Assembly: GCA_964035545.1 (NCBI GenBank)
Contig: OZ037766.1
Location: forward strand, 5,818,722-5,882,721
Length of the DNA stretch: 64,000 nucleotides
Direction of reading: 5' to 3'
Source: Bugula neritina
Lineage: Eukaryota; Animalia; Bryozoa
The notes beneath the pieces are model-generated. The model was not told the DNA's origin. It saw only the letters and a list, made by a program, of their open reading frames with translations, and did no database searches. A program made the translations under genes and the position numbers. Of the stretch, positions 24,701-37,852 are shown in pieces. How positions within the stretch are numbered: the first letter of the stretch is position 1; each line of letters begins with the position of its first letter.

Positions 24701-27700
24701 ACACTCCCTGGTGGTTTTCAATACCAGTGTGTTTTACCAGGAGATACAACTCCAACATGAGAAGTAAAGTAGCGCCATAGCTGTAGAGTGTAGACTGTAC
24801 TGTACTGTTGTGTTATATATACAGCTGGCAGCACCTTGTACTGTACTGTTGTGTTACATGTACAGCTGACAGCACCTTGTACTGTACTGTTGTGTTATAT
24901 ATACAGCTGGCAGCACATTGTACTGTATTGTTGTGTTATATGTACAGCTGGCAGCCCATTGTACTGTACTGTTGTGTTATATATACAGCTGGCAGCCCAT
25001 TGTACTGTACTGTACTGTTGTGTTATATATACAGCTGGCAGCACCTTGTACTGTATTGTTGTGTTATATGTACAGCTGGCAGCACCTTATACTGTTGTGT
25101 TATATGTACAGCTGGCAGCCACTCACCTCCTATGTGGATAACAAGTATGAAGAGTATCTCAACTCAGAGTCAAAGGTGAACAGGAAGACTATGCTTGATG
25201 ACAACAGAGTACACTGCTGCCTCTATTTCATATCACCTACAGGACACAGGTGAGTGTTGAGTATGATCACCTACAGGACACAGGTGAGTGTTGAGTATGA
25301 TCACCTACAGGGCACAGGTGAGTGTTGAGTATGATCACCTACAGGACACAGGTGAGTGTTGAGTATGATCACCTACAGGGCACAGGTGAGTGTTGAGTAT
25401 GATCACCTACAGGACACAGGTGAGTGTTGAGTATGATCACCTACAGGACACAGGTGAGGGATAATCACGGTGATTAAAGACCGAGTGTGATAAAATAGTA
25501 TTAGTTATATACTGAGTGATTGATAGTACCAGTGACTGACTGAATGATGAATAGTATCAGTGATTGAGTCAAAGTGGGTGATTGATTTCAGATGTGTTAG
25601 TCAACAGAAGGTGGTGTTTGATTGACAGATGGTGGTAGAGTGATTTCAGAGTAGGTTGGAGTACTATTTTCTACCTATTAATATGCACTTATTTCAGAAA
25701 TGAATGTTGATGGTAGGTGTTTATGGTGGCAAGGAATAAATATATACTGTAGCACACTGCAAACACTCTATTATGCTAATATAAACAGTTCGTGCAGTTA
25801 CTGCATATTGTAAATTATCCAATTTTGGATTTCCTCTCAACAACCAACAGTCAAAGTATTTAGTTCTGTATAAGAACTGTGGACTGAGTGACAGATGTAC
25901 ACAATGAAGCATAAATATTCCAAATTGGAAGTCACGACCTCAGTTTTCACATTCAAATTATTGCCAAGTCACTAGTGACTAAAGTTGTAGTAATTATAAT
26001 GATTTATGAATTCTGTTTGTATTATTAAAGTTGTACATGCTGTGACATTGTAGTCTGAAGCCACTAGACATTGAAGTGATGAAAAGGCTACACGATAAAG
26101 TGAATATCATTCCTCTCATAGCCAAGGCTGATTCGCTGACGCCAGAAGAATGCAGAGATTTCAAGAAGAATGTGAGTTTTCAGATAATTAGACACTCAAT
26201 GGTGCTGACTATATGGCAGGTTCTGCTTGGTTTCCAGAGAAAAACATGTGGCATCACTTGCCAATCTCCTGAAATGTTTTTGTTATGAACACTTAGTTGC
26301 TGCCTGCTATACATGTGGGAAGCAGCCAGTCATGCTGTGTGCAGTATGTGTGGAGTTGTGTCAAATGTCATAACATGTCTATTGTGTCATGATAACATTA
26401 TATCTATTGTGTTAAACACTCAGATGAGGTTACAAAGAGCTCTTTGATATTGCTGCCGCTCAGAGCAGCATGTACTAAAATTCACAACAGAATTGTGTCC
26501 TCTCTTACTAAGTTTTGTGGGTGCTTCTCCGATGTTGGTGGATGTTGCCTGGTTTCTAGTCCCTTCCACTGTTAGCCTAAAAATATTGTAACCCTCCCCT
26601 CCCTCCATCCATCACCAATTCGACTGAGAAGGTCTCTGCTGTGTGATCTGATGTAAACTTAGTCCTGCAGAGTTATTTTGTCCCAAAGTTCTGGTTGTGT
26701 GAATAAGACTGGAATTTGGACTCACCAGTATCACTCCTATCTAAGTTTAGGGTTGACGTAGTAACTCTTTTGTGAGTGAAGTAGTATCTATGGTCTACTG
26801 CAGGAAACTGGGCACAGGAAAAATGAAACTCAAGCTAATGTCGCAGTTCCTTCACATTTATTGCAATACATAAATAATAAACCATTTGAAACAGAATTAT
26901 GGACCACCAGGCATATTTTTTACCGGAACTTTGCAATGCCACTTAATTAGCAGGTAGCCAAATGAGTCTGCCCTTCCCTTGTCCCGCCCCTTCTTACGTG
27001 GTTTTTCATGACAGACCACTTAATAACTCCTTCACCTGATAACTAAGATTTTGCTGCTACATAGAAATGTCTTATTCTCCACCTCCCCTTAGTGTGGGGT
27101 CTACCACCTTAATATAATTGTCAGCAAGTAGCTCATCAAGTAACTTGTTTACACTGAGATATCACTGTTAGTATGCATTTAATTTTAGGGTTTCTTCTGT
27201 TTCTTTTTAAATTTATACATTTCCTGCCTTCTAGTTCCAGTATATGGGGGATAACTCCATATATTCAGTTATATTGGTATTTTAATTCCTCTGGTGTTCT
27301 AATTCCTCCCTAAAACAGGAACTAAAATCCTTACATTGCTGAACAATAAATACAATCTTTTTTGTAGATTCTAAATGAGATTCAGAGAAACAACATAAAA
27401 ATCTATGAATTCCCAGATGTTGATGACGTGGAGGAGAACAAGGAACTGAAGAAGTTGAAGGTTGGTGACTAAATAGAATATATCTAACTCAGTCTTAGTG
27501 TGACATTGACATCTTCAATCTTATACTTTGTTATCAACACTTCAATAGTCATGCCAGGGAGGAAAATTACTAACTTGTTGACCAAATAAGCTTTTTTCTT
27601 ATTCTTAATTTAGTAAATCGTGTTATTTTTCTATATGTTAAATAGACTTTCTTACTTCTAAAAGCATATTTATTCTTGCAATCTGCCGAACAACATGCCA

Positions 27701-30260
27701 TTTCTCATGCACAGGATGTGAGCTAGCTAAGCTTTGTATGTAGGTTGACCGCATTTATTGTAAACATTGAATCATTTTCAAATCTGAGTCATTGTTGATT
27801 TGACACAATTTACATAAGATTAACAGTTGCACAGCTGAACTGATTCAAACTCAATGCTAATTAATGCATTTCTTGATTGCATGGTTTATAGTGGTATTGT
27901 ATTCGACATATTTTCGTAAATGTGAGTAGGGAACTATTTTACGTTTGCATTTCCTTCGTTTGAAGACTGTCAAATAATGACTCTTTCCATCGGAAAGGAA
28001 TCACTGGAATTGCAATAAATTACAATGAACACAATAATCATCAATCTTCATCAATAACTCGTTCCAAATATGCTACTGTATGGTAATTTTGAATATTATT
28101 AACTCATAGTAATTGGTCATTGGTGTGGGATATCCACAATGAGCACCTGGAGTTAGTGTTTGCGTTGTGCTCTGGCTAGTTTGGTAGATATTCCTGGCTG
28201 AAAGAATTTTACACGATTTTGCTTCTGGTTACCAAAATATGTTTCCTTTCCAGTGGAATGTGACAGAGTATGACTGCTCAGGTGAAGGGTGGTGTGTAGG
28301 AATATAAGAGTAACATAAGAATACTTTAGCTATAAACTATAGAGTGCTCAGTAGCCAAGAGAAACTACTAATAGTCATGTATTTGTAGGATCGTGTGCCA
28401 TTTGCTGTGGTCGGTAGCAATCACGTGCTAGACATCAATGGCAAGAAAGTGCGAGGCAGGCAGTATCCTTGGGGCACTGTAGACGTAGACAACTTGGTGC
28501 ACAATGACTTCTTGGCATTGAGAGATATGCTCATAAGGTGAGTTAGTCAAGGTGACTCTTTGTTTACAGTCTTACAAACTGTTTCAAGTTTTCTGTAGTG
28601 TATTCAGAGTTATCTTCTCTGGTGCTTTTTATAAATATGTAAGCTGATTTCAGTTGTTAACTTATCAATTCTAATATTTTTAAAAAGATAAAATAAATAA
28701 AATGAATATTTTTTGTTGTTTTATGTTTGGGAAATATTATTCATATTGAAACGCTTTGTTGGTGTGTGAAGTGATGCTGTAGTTTTCTATTTGTAGGACA
28801 CACATGCAAGATTTGAAGGACGTTACCAACAATGTGCATTACGAGAATTTCAGATATAAAAAGTTAGCCGATGTATCGACTACTGACAGTGTCGGTGAAA
28901 GTGATAGGTTAGCTACGTCTAAGTGTTACTAGCTTATGTGTGCGTCATCGTATCAACATTGTATTGCCACATGGATACAGTGTATAGTACTATTATTGTA
29001 ATGTTGCTCCACTCATTGTAGTGATCCTCTCACACAAATGGAGATGCAGAAGAACGAACACAGACAGAAAATGAAGAAAATGGAGGCTGAAATGGAACAA
29101 GTTTTTGAAATGAAAGTAAAAGAGAAAATGCAGAAGTTGACAGATTCTGAAGCAGATGTGAGTTTGAAGATGTTTTAAAAATATATTATACAGTTGAGCA
29201 TTCTATCGAGATTAAACTATAAGTAACACGTGATAAACAGTTTAGCATTGCATCAAGATTCAACTATAAATATTTAATGTGTTGTGTGCAATAGCTGGCC
29301 AAGAGAGCTGAACAAATGAAGAAAGGTCTGGAGCAGCAGAAGGCAGAATTAAATGAGAAGCGACGCTTGTTTGAGCAGGAAAAAGCTGCCTGGGAAAGTC
29401 AGTTTAAAGGTGCAGAACTCGACCAAATGTAAGTGGCAGGCAGCATTGCAATCAGCTGACCTCTGATAATTTCTCAGAAACAATAGTTTGTTCTTTGTCA
29501 CTAAGTTAAGACAAAAATTTCCTTGGGTTAGCTGTTGAAAAATTTAAAATAAAAAAATTTGAAGCTATAAAATAAACAGCAACTAAATCAAAAATAAAAT
29601 TTAGTTTTTTATACAAATGAAACAGTATTTTCTGTGAATATATAATCTCTAGCCAGTAGGTTAAGTTTCTACAATTTTTCAATACACACAGGACTAGTAA
29701 GTCATGTCAAGGATAGGCTAATAAATCGAATGACTGTATTTTGGGGTTGTCTACTCACTTTGAAACACACCAACCTAATGTTTCTTATCTGTCAAATGTA
29801 TATATTGATAACGGACTACTTAGATGACCAGTTTATAGCTCTGTGCGGTGTGCACCCAAACACAGCTGTTTACCATTTGCCCTTCATTAAATGTGTTTGC
29901 TGATATTCACTCATATCTGTCATGAAATGTGGATTTAGAGAGTCGTGGATAGTCGATAATAAGCATGAATATTTGTCTTCATGATTTACATAGATTTAGT
30001 CATTAACAGTCGATATGATTTTAACTCTGGTAAAATTTCCTCCGGTAAAACAATGTAAAATTAAGGGGATAAAAACACATCCGCATTCGACTATCAACTT
30101 TGCTGCTTATAAATTTTACATTTTGTTCTGTTTCACTACTTCGATTAAAACCTCGTTAGAAATTTACCTGAGTTTCAATGTTGAAGAGAACTATTTTTAG
30201 CAAAAAACCTATTTTTTTTGCAGGGCAATGAAGGGAAAGAAAAAAGGATTATTCAACTGA
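18718..30260 (+). CDS. SEPTIN7: Septin-7 (SEPT7/peanut group), model using proximal first exon
   Basis: Exons 18718-19053, 21323-21629 (GC donor), 23469-23575, 24354-24454, 25112-25249, 26054-26171, 27368-27460, 28389-28537, 28797-28907, 29022-29157, 29295-29428, 30224-30260. Motifs: [26 protein letters not shown]1 [10 protein letters not shown]3 DTPGFGD, G4 [29 protein letters not shown], coiled coil [14 protein letters not shown]-terminal KKKGLFN. Confidence 0.97.
22088..22172. repeat. Degenerate ~15-bp pyrimidine-rich tandem repeat (ctctttctagctcag-like)
   Basis: About 5 diverged units in a SEPT7 intron. Confidence 0.6.
24795..25120 (+). repeat. ~41-bp minisatellite containing 8 copies of a SEPT7 3' splice site
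   Basis: Unit tgtactgtactgttgtgttatatRtacag|ctggcagcacct; AG ends at 24824, 24865, 24906, 24947, 24988, 25034, 25075, 25111. Confidence 0.95.
25232..25458 (+). repeat. 34-bp minisatellite containing 7 copies of a SEPT7 5' splice site
   Basis: Unit atcacctacaggRcacag|gtgagtgttgagtatg; GT at 25250, 25284, 25318, 25352, 25386, 25420, 25454. Confidence 0.95.
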
Positions 30261-31287
30261 AGTAGACTGGTACAATTGTTTATATAAGTAATCGTTATCT
30301 GCGTGATGTTGAGTTCTATAAAAAATACATGTTTATGTTTAAAGAACTCAAATTTAAAGAAAGTTTTGTTATATAATACAGATACAAGTATTAATCTCAA
30401 AAAATGAAACGCACTCTAATTGTTCCAACACTCTTTGAACATTATACTGCCTGTTCTGTATAATTTGGCAGGTTTTTCTTGCATCATGCTGTATATACTG
30501 TATGTTTATTATTGTTACTTTAAAATGAAGTTAGTAGAAAAATCATTACTTTACTGTTTATGTTTATGTTACGTACTGATTAACCAGGTTTTGGCCTAGA
30601 CTGTGGAAGTCTTGGAAATATCGCATTCTTTACTGTTAACTATACTGTTTGTCACACAAGCTACGGATATGTATGTCTTACACTGATACATCTATTTGGG
30701 GTATTTTTGCAATAGACAAACAGGAATCAAATCTTTTTGTTTTTCTTTTATAAAATTCTAACTCATTTTTACTGTATTTAAACATTGATTTATAATATAT
30801 TTATAGCTACATGTTGGATTTTGAAATTATGGTTACTCAACTTAGAGCTTTGTTCATAATTATATAATTTACTCTGGTTTTAATAAATAAAAGATAACAT
30901 TTTTCTACATTTGAGCTGGGTTTATTACATAAAAAATAAACAATGTAATGCATTGTTGCAAGTAGACATACGTTGAGCTCGTGAAAAGTACATCTAGGAA
31001 AGCTTGTCTAAGCTACAAAATATGGTAATAAAATTATATATGCAAAAAGTGTACTCCTATATAAATATGAGGACTAATTTTATTAACACAATTTGAGTAT
31101 TTATGTGTGTAAATAAGACATACTAAAATATAAGAGAAAATAATAATCAGTTGCCAGAAACTAGCAACAGTCGGGAGGTAGAAAAATAAATGTTTAGAAT
31201 CAAATACTAAGGTTTCTGAAGAGAGGAAAACTCAGGAATAATGTTGGAATATCCACAATATATACATATATATTAGCAGTACCTCTG

Positions 31288-33803
31288 CTACCTTTCGCCA
31301 CAACATTCTACTGTTTGCTGTCTTAGAGCTCTGGTGTCGGCCATATCTGAAGCAACATGCAGGTTCTGTAGTTCGACTTCATTGGCCTTTTGTAAACTTT
31401 TCTTTATCTTTCTCCCAGCAAATGCACCGACTGCTACACCAGCCCCTCCAGCTAGGGCTCCTGGTGATAGAATGGCACCCATTAATGGAACAACACAATT
31501 GTGAGAGTGGAAATAAATTTATATCTGTAGGAAGTATAAAATTTAGCAAATTCCGTTGGCGATGAATGGCTTTCAACTATTTTCTGCTTTTCACCCATCT
31601 AATTCACCTACTACCAAAATATAACCAGTTGTACATTACAGCTTTTAAGGAATAGCTCCACCATAAATAATATTAATGGATCAATTTAAGTGAGTTCTGC
31701 CAAAAAATCTACTAAAGCACATATTAGTCGTTGGAATTCAGTCAACATAAAGGTGATGAAATAGAAGTATGTTTTCTAAAAATATAAACATTGCTCTAGC
31801 TATATGATGAGGAAACTTGGTATGCAGCTTACAGGCATAGACTATAAACCAAGAACAGATAAATCCATAGGCAGATAATTTTCTATGTATAGAGATAAGA
31901 GTTTGAAAGGTACGTTTCAAGCTTCACTTTAGAATCAATTTTTCATTTGATGTTTAAAACAGTTGCATCAAATGAAACCACAAATATAAGTTTATACAAA
32001 CCGCAACCACAAATTCATTTGTATGAGCATTCTATTCACATAATGCGAAGCAATGAAAACGCAGCGTATAGGAACTATACTCACCCAGCTTAGCCCCAGC
32101 AACTAGTCCCACAGGTCCACCGACTAAAGCACCGCACAGCGCACCCACCACTGTGTATCCCGCTGTCTTGGCAACCACAGCCTACAGTAACCACACACTA
32201 CTACACCTCAAGTAAACATAATCTTCATTATATTTATAGATAATAATGTCCAGCGAGTTATACCACAGTACGTAAAGTAAGCAAGAAACAGCAGAAGCTA
32301 CTAAGCAATTATTGTATCATAACTACCTTGTTTAGATTTATCCCACCCTGTTTAATATTGGCATGAGTCGTCTGAATATTCTCCTCTATACCATTCACGG
32401 CTTCACTTTGTTCCTAGCAGCAGACATCATGAATTCAAAGAGGAGTATGAGTGAAAAACATTTGCATATTTCAAGCTTGAAAAACTCTAATAAAGATATT
32501 TCTAACTGTAACTGCTACATGGTTTTTTTTTAACAATACCTAATGCATTATAATATTTCAAAAATTAGTAAACAAATACTGGTGGGACAACTCCCATATG
32601 ACGTTAATGGAATACATCAGGTTAGGTAAATACTTGGAGGTTATACCATCCAACCTGTACTAAGCCATTCAATGTCCCCATCATATCCCTAACGTTCTCA
32701 GCATCTTCAACCAGCTGATCTATATGTCTTCCCTGGTCTTCAACCACCTCCAGTTGACTCTGTAGCTGCACTTCTGTATCACTGACCACTCTCTGAGTCT
32801 GCACTTGTCTACCACAATGAACAGCTGGCCCACTACCAGTCGTACCTGCAGGAGAACGTAAACTACATTTTAGATAAAAGATAAACTACGTCACAAAATA
32901 AAAGAACAACTAGAAAAATAGAATACCAAATAATGAAACAAAAATGCCAAAAAACCGTATTTGACATGCACCTAAAAGCTTACAAAAAGTTACACATTAC
33001 TTACCTGTATACTATATAGCATCTGTATGAGCCAAATGAAAATGGAAAATTAACTAAAATCATGAAAATAGATGTAGTACTAAAAATGTCAGACACACCA
33101 CTTACCACTTTTTAAGAGATCATGAAACTCATCGCCTAGATAGCTAACCAGGTCCTCATCTAATTCTGAGAACAAACGTATTTCTTCCAAAATCCATGAC
33201 CGAGCTTCAGCCATTTTCTTATTAAACTTTGGTATATCATCTTCTTTGAGACTGCTGCGCAGTTTATAGATAGCATCTAAATTAATTCTCAACTGAGAAA
33301 TAGTTTGTTGGGCGCGAGAGAGTTCACGCTTGACCGAACTTCTATTACCATTTCTTTCATCCTGCAGAAATAAGTTTAATGATTTTTAAACAATGCTGAA
33401 CACATTCTTTCATTAAATAAACAAAATAAATAATATTAAAATATGACCATTTACAAAGATAGGTAGCATAACAAATTCGACAGTAAATGTTTTTCATTAC
33501 AAAAGAAATTTTATAGGTTAACAGAATAGTTAATGAAAACAGCCACCATTTTAAACAATCTAAACAAATATATGCATATTGGTTTCTTCAAAGATATACA
33601 ACTCCTTCAGTTTCAATTACTAGTAACATTATAATAATAAGGATTGCTATTATCATCGTCACTATTATAATATGGAAACTGACCTGTACAATATTTTTCT
33701 TAAATTGTTTAAGTCTGGAAATATCAGTCTCAGCTGTTTTCAGAAATCTGTTTACTGCTAATTCTGCTCTTTTCCAAACTATTTGCTGGGAGTTGTCTGC
33801 CAT
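31288..33803 (-). CDS. STX17: Syntaxin-17 (autophagosomal Qa-SNARE)
   Basis: Exons 33803-33684, 33361-33106, 32845-32655, 32413-32327, 32181-32085, 31460-31288. N-terminal KRAELAVNRFLKTAETDISRLK; SNARE motif LNGLVQEQSEAVNGIEENI; Gly-rich hairpin TMs VVGALCGALVGGPVGLVAGAKLGALAGG followed by a basic tail, typical of STX17. Confidence 0.92.
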
Positions 33804-34449
33804 TGCCAGTTGGTTTAATGTTCACATCAATGTCTCTAAAAATCATTACGAATGTTATCGTAATTCTAGCAAATTTAAATAGTCTCTAACATATTTAAGG
33901 CTCCAGATATAGAAAAAATTATTCTTCTTGTTAATTGAGCAAATATGAGTTATATCATATTAATATAATTGTTATTATTAGGGTCTGTTACCAGATAGTC
34001 CATTAAAATAAGAATGCAAGTGTCCCTACCAATAAGATTAGTTATACAGTGTAATGGCCACAAGAATTTTAATGTTAATAAAACAGAAACACTAAAATAA
34101 AAACATATTCATTATTATTAGATAATAATAATGGTTATTGTGGTCATAATCCTAATTAGCTCTTTGTTTGTAAAGAGATGGAGGTGACACTATATACAAG
34201 GTAGTATAAAAGGTTAAATCATATAAATACTAACATAGAACTGCATAATACCATATGTACTTGAAAACAATTACATGGCAATAGTAACATCCTTTAAATA
34301 ATAATTAGGCAATTAATTATAAACAGTTACTTAATTTTAGCAAATTTAGAAATAATTACACAAAGACATGAAATAAGAACTGTGCATGCCTGTCCACCAT
34401 GTAGAGAGCTGACCTCTACAATATTGCATAAATATAAATTAAAATTACC

Positions 34450-35900
34450 ATTATATCGAATTATCATAATTTGAACTTCAGCTTTAACAACTGTTATTAT
34501 AACTGCAATGCAGTAATAGTATTAGATCACCATCCGATCAAAAAATGGAGGAGAAAGGTGAGAAAAGAGTAATAGTATTAGTAAATGTACGAAAATCACA
34601 ATGACTTTAATGGTTAATACAAAATGAATATTAAACTCAATAGCTGACAATGCTAATTGTAAATAGCTTATTCAAAATTTGATAATTATATGTTGATAAT
34701 CATACTCACAGTTATCATCATGATTATTTTCTAATAAATAATAATCATGATTAGTGATAATGATGATGTTTTATGTTTTAGAACTACTAATACTCTTTGT
34801 ATTAGTATTACAATTATGATTATTTGCTATAAATGTTATGTATGCTCATTGTGAATCTAATTCAAAATCAAAGCTATTAATTACTTCTTTGTTGAAAATT
34901 AATGAACCAATATTTATATAACCATTATGGTTATATTAGTATTACCATGATTACTATCAAGACTTAATATTTAATGTTATTATGATATTAATATTGGTAG
35001 TTAAAATTGAGATTATTATTATTATACTTATAGCATGATTATGATAATAATCATAACGATAATCATTATATTCATATTCTATTTTTTACATTATGATATT
35101 AAATATATTCATATTAATATTTATTATATTTCACTTCATAATATAACAAATTGAAATTAATTAGTTAAAAATAAAATAATAAAAAAATATAATTATAATA
35201 CCCATAGCCCATATGCATAGTCATAGTGATAGTGATAATTATCTTTATGCTAATATTGATAGTGATTGTGATACACTCACAGACCACAGTTACACTTTAA
35301 GTGATACTGATCTTCATATTCGTAGTCAGAGAGATGTTCAATTTCATATTTACTTATAGTTATAGTCTTATGTCTTATACTTAGTCTTATAGTTATAGTA
35401 ATAGTGAAATACTGTAAGTGTAAGTTATACTTTTAGATTATAGTTAATGCTATTCAGTATTCTAATAGTATTTTCTAATTCATATCCATATATTATAATT
35501 ATCATATTCATATACTTATAGTGATATTGAATCATTGAATTTGATATTCATAGTAATACTAATAGTTAAGTAAAAGCAAAACTAAAAATAAATGCAACAC
35601 TTAGACTTAAAGTTATTGGTAAACTTAAAGTTAATGATTAAATTTAATCTAAATCTTTAAGTTTATCAATATGATCATGATTATCATTATGATAAATTTG
35701 ATATTGATTATGATTATCATTATGATTATGTTATATCAACTATCAAGCGTTAAGTTTAAGTTTAACCTATATTTAGGTTTAGGTTACACTTAATCTTACA
35801 GTTGAAGTTAATCACTTAATGTTGTAGTTAATTTTATACAGTCGTACAGTTAATGGGGCATACTGATATTTACACTATTGATCATAAAATCACCAATACT
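34450..35900. repeat. Degenerate 3/6-bp periodic AT-rich tract in STX17 first (5'UTR) intron
   Basis: Units such as ATAGTG, TATAGT, ATTATC, TAAGTT over ~1.4 kb next to the predicted TSS. Confidence 0.75.
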
Positions 35901-35943
35901 AGTTATTGCATTCATTTTTAGTAAGTGAAATTTACTTATTGAT

Positions 35944-36071
35944 AATCGCTAGAAGCAGCACCGGGTTGATGATCACTGAGGTGCAGTGGTTGGGTCTTTC
36001 TTTTGGAGTTGTTATAATTAGTAAAAGCTCTGCATTCGGTGACTCTAAACTTTGTGCTGCATATGATGATT
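35944..36071. promoter_or_regulatory. Bidirectional core promoter: STX17 (-; predicted TSS 35977) and a + strand start (predicted 36038) facing the ankyrin gene
   Basis: Two inverted copies of the motif seen at 3168-3292. A minus-strand donor at 35935 gives a 42-nt STX17 first exon; acceptor near 33836. Confidence 0.65.
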
Positions 36072-37852
36072 CTTGTAGCTATTAGTCATTATGAGGTCGA
36101 AGTAACAATAGTTGAAGGATAACTTGTTCAAAATAAAAGTGAAACTTGTGAAACAAAGGGTAAAATTGAATAGTCTATTGCGCCGAGTTTAGAACCCAAC
36201 TTTTGGGGGTGACAACTCTATAATAACTATAATAATAATAATAAATCATGCTAATGGTTGATCTGGGTCGACCAGAACAAAGTAGCAACCTAAAGAATGT
36301 ATTGACTGCACTGTTTGCATATCCTGCATTCTCATATTGTGTGATGGCCCTTGGCTCATAGTTCAAAATATTATAATATGTTTCAGTTATAAGTTTAATA
36401 TCTTTATTGTTTCTTATTTGATATGAATTGTAAACTCATTAAATAACTATTAATATGACCTATATAATATATATAGCCAACTGAAATATAAATTGCTTGT
36501 AAATAATAATATTTAAATATGATAGTGTCTTGAAATTATTAATTTAGTGGTTACTAAATGTGATTAAAATTTTGAAATCCATACTATGTTGAACTAAGTA
36601 AGTTTATAATTAAATACCAAGACAGAATGGGCCAGCTTATAACTACTGGTATAAAGAATATCGCTGAAACAATGACTATGCTCTGCCAATCAACTTTACA
36701 AAAAAATTAAGTTTGCTGACAAATAGTTTTTCTAGACATAAACTTATATTTATGTTTTGAATTTAAATATTATTTTCAAGACAAATGCCATACAAAAACG
36801 GTAATTAATCAGGCGGGTTCCTATGAATCTTAAATCATATGGTTTAACTAATGGAGACACTAGGAATTGAGATTACTACTAAAATTTAATTTGAGTGAGC
36901 AGCAATTATAGATGTGAAACTTCTACTCAATGTAAAATTACAATTATCAAAAGTGACATTAGCTTGCCTACAATATAGCAAAACTTACTGCTAACTTCAC
37001 ATAGAAGATGGACAGTTTTAAGACAATGTTTTGAATAATGTAACTATATATTATATGTTCCGTGGCTATAGAAACCTCAACATTAATTGATGCAGTGTGT
37101 ACACATGCATACACACTTTTTATTTGGTGAGAGTATAATTTTTTGAGTAAAATAAAAGCGTTGTTTTTATTTATTATCTTCGATTTAATCTGCCAGTTTA
37201 CAAGTATTGTTTTATTATTATTGCTGAGGAGTGTTTTTTCATGAAATAAAGTAAAGTGAAGTGCATATCAAACTACATCAAAAAAACTTTAATATATCTG
37301 TTAATGAAGAATCTGAGTGAAGCATAAGTTAGTACTAGTACTTGTCATTAGATTAGCTGTAACCTAGAAGTGCCTGTTAGAGTGTACTATGGCTAATATA
37401 TACATGTATTTAGCAACTGGTATAAACTATCTTTTCCTAATACTGTGCATGTTGGCCTGGGATACGAAAGCTATAGCTTTAAAATTTATCTCACTACATG
37501 GTTGGCTGAAACACTCAATTGTTATTGGCTCTTCCCCTACGATTATGCAACGTGAGATTCTGCTATGCCTCGTTCTGATTGGACTATTAGCATGCAACAC
37601 GAGTATTTAAAAGAAGGCCGACTTCATTTGAACATAATAATATTATTGCTCGTGTATTAAAAGCTGCTGCTATCTCTTCGTGGTGAAGCTTGCTCATTAA
37701 CTTTGACACAGAAAAATATAATTTTACGGCTTCTGATATTTCCATATTACAGCCACATTTGTTCATCACATCTTCGTACAAAAGCACATTGGAGATAAAG
37801 ACAGCTGTTGGTAGTTTATATTAAAAAGTTGATAATTTTACACTTTCAAACA

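Noticed and set aside
24795-25458. CRISPR-like array or Cys/Tyr-rich ORFs (24808, 24836, 24918)
   Set aside because: Contiguous tandem units with no unique spacers, in a eukaryotic intron; only 25112-25249 is septin-coding.
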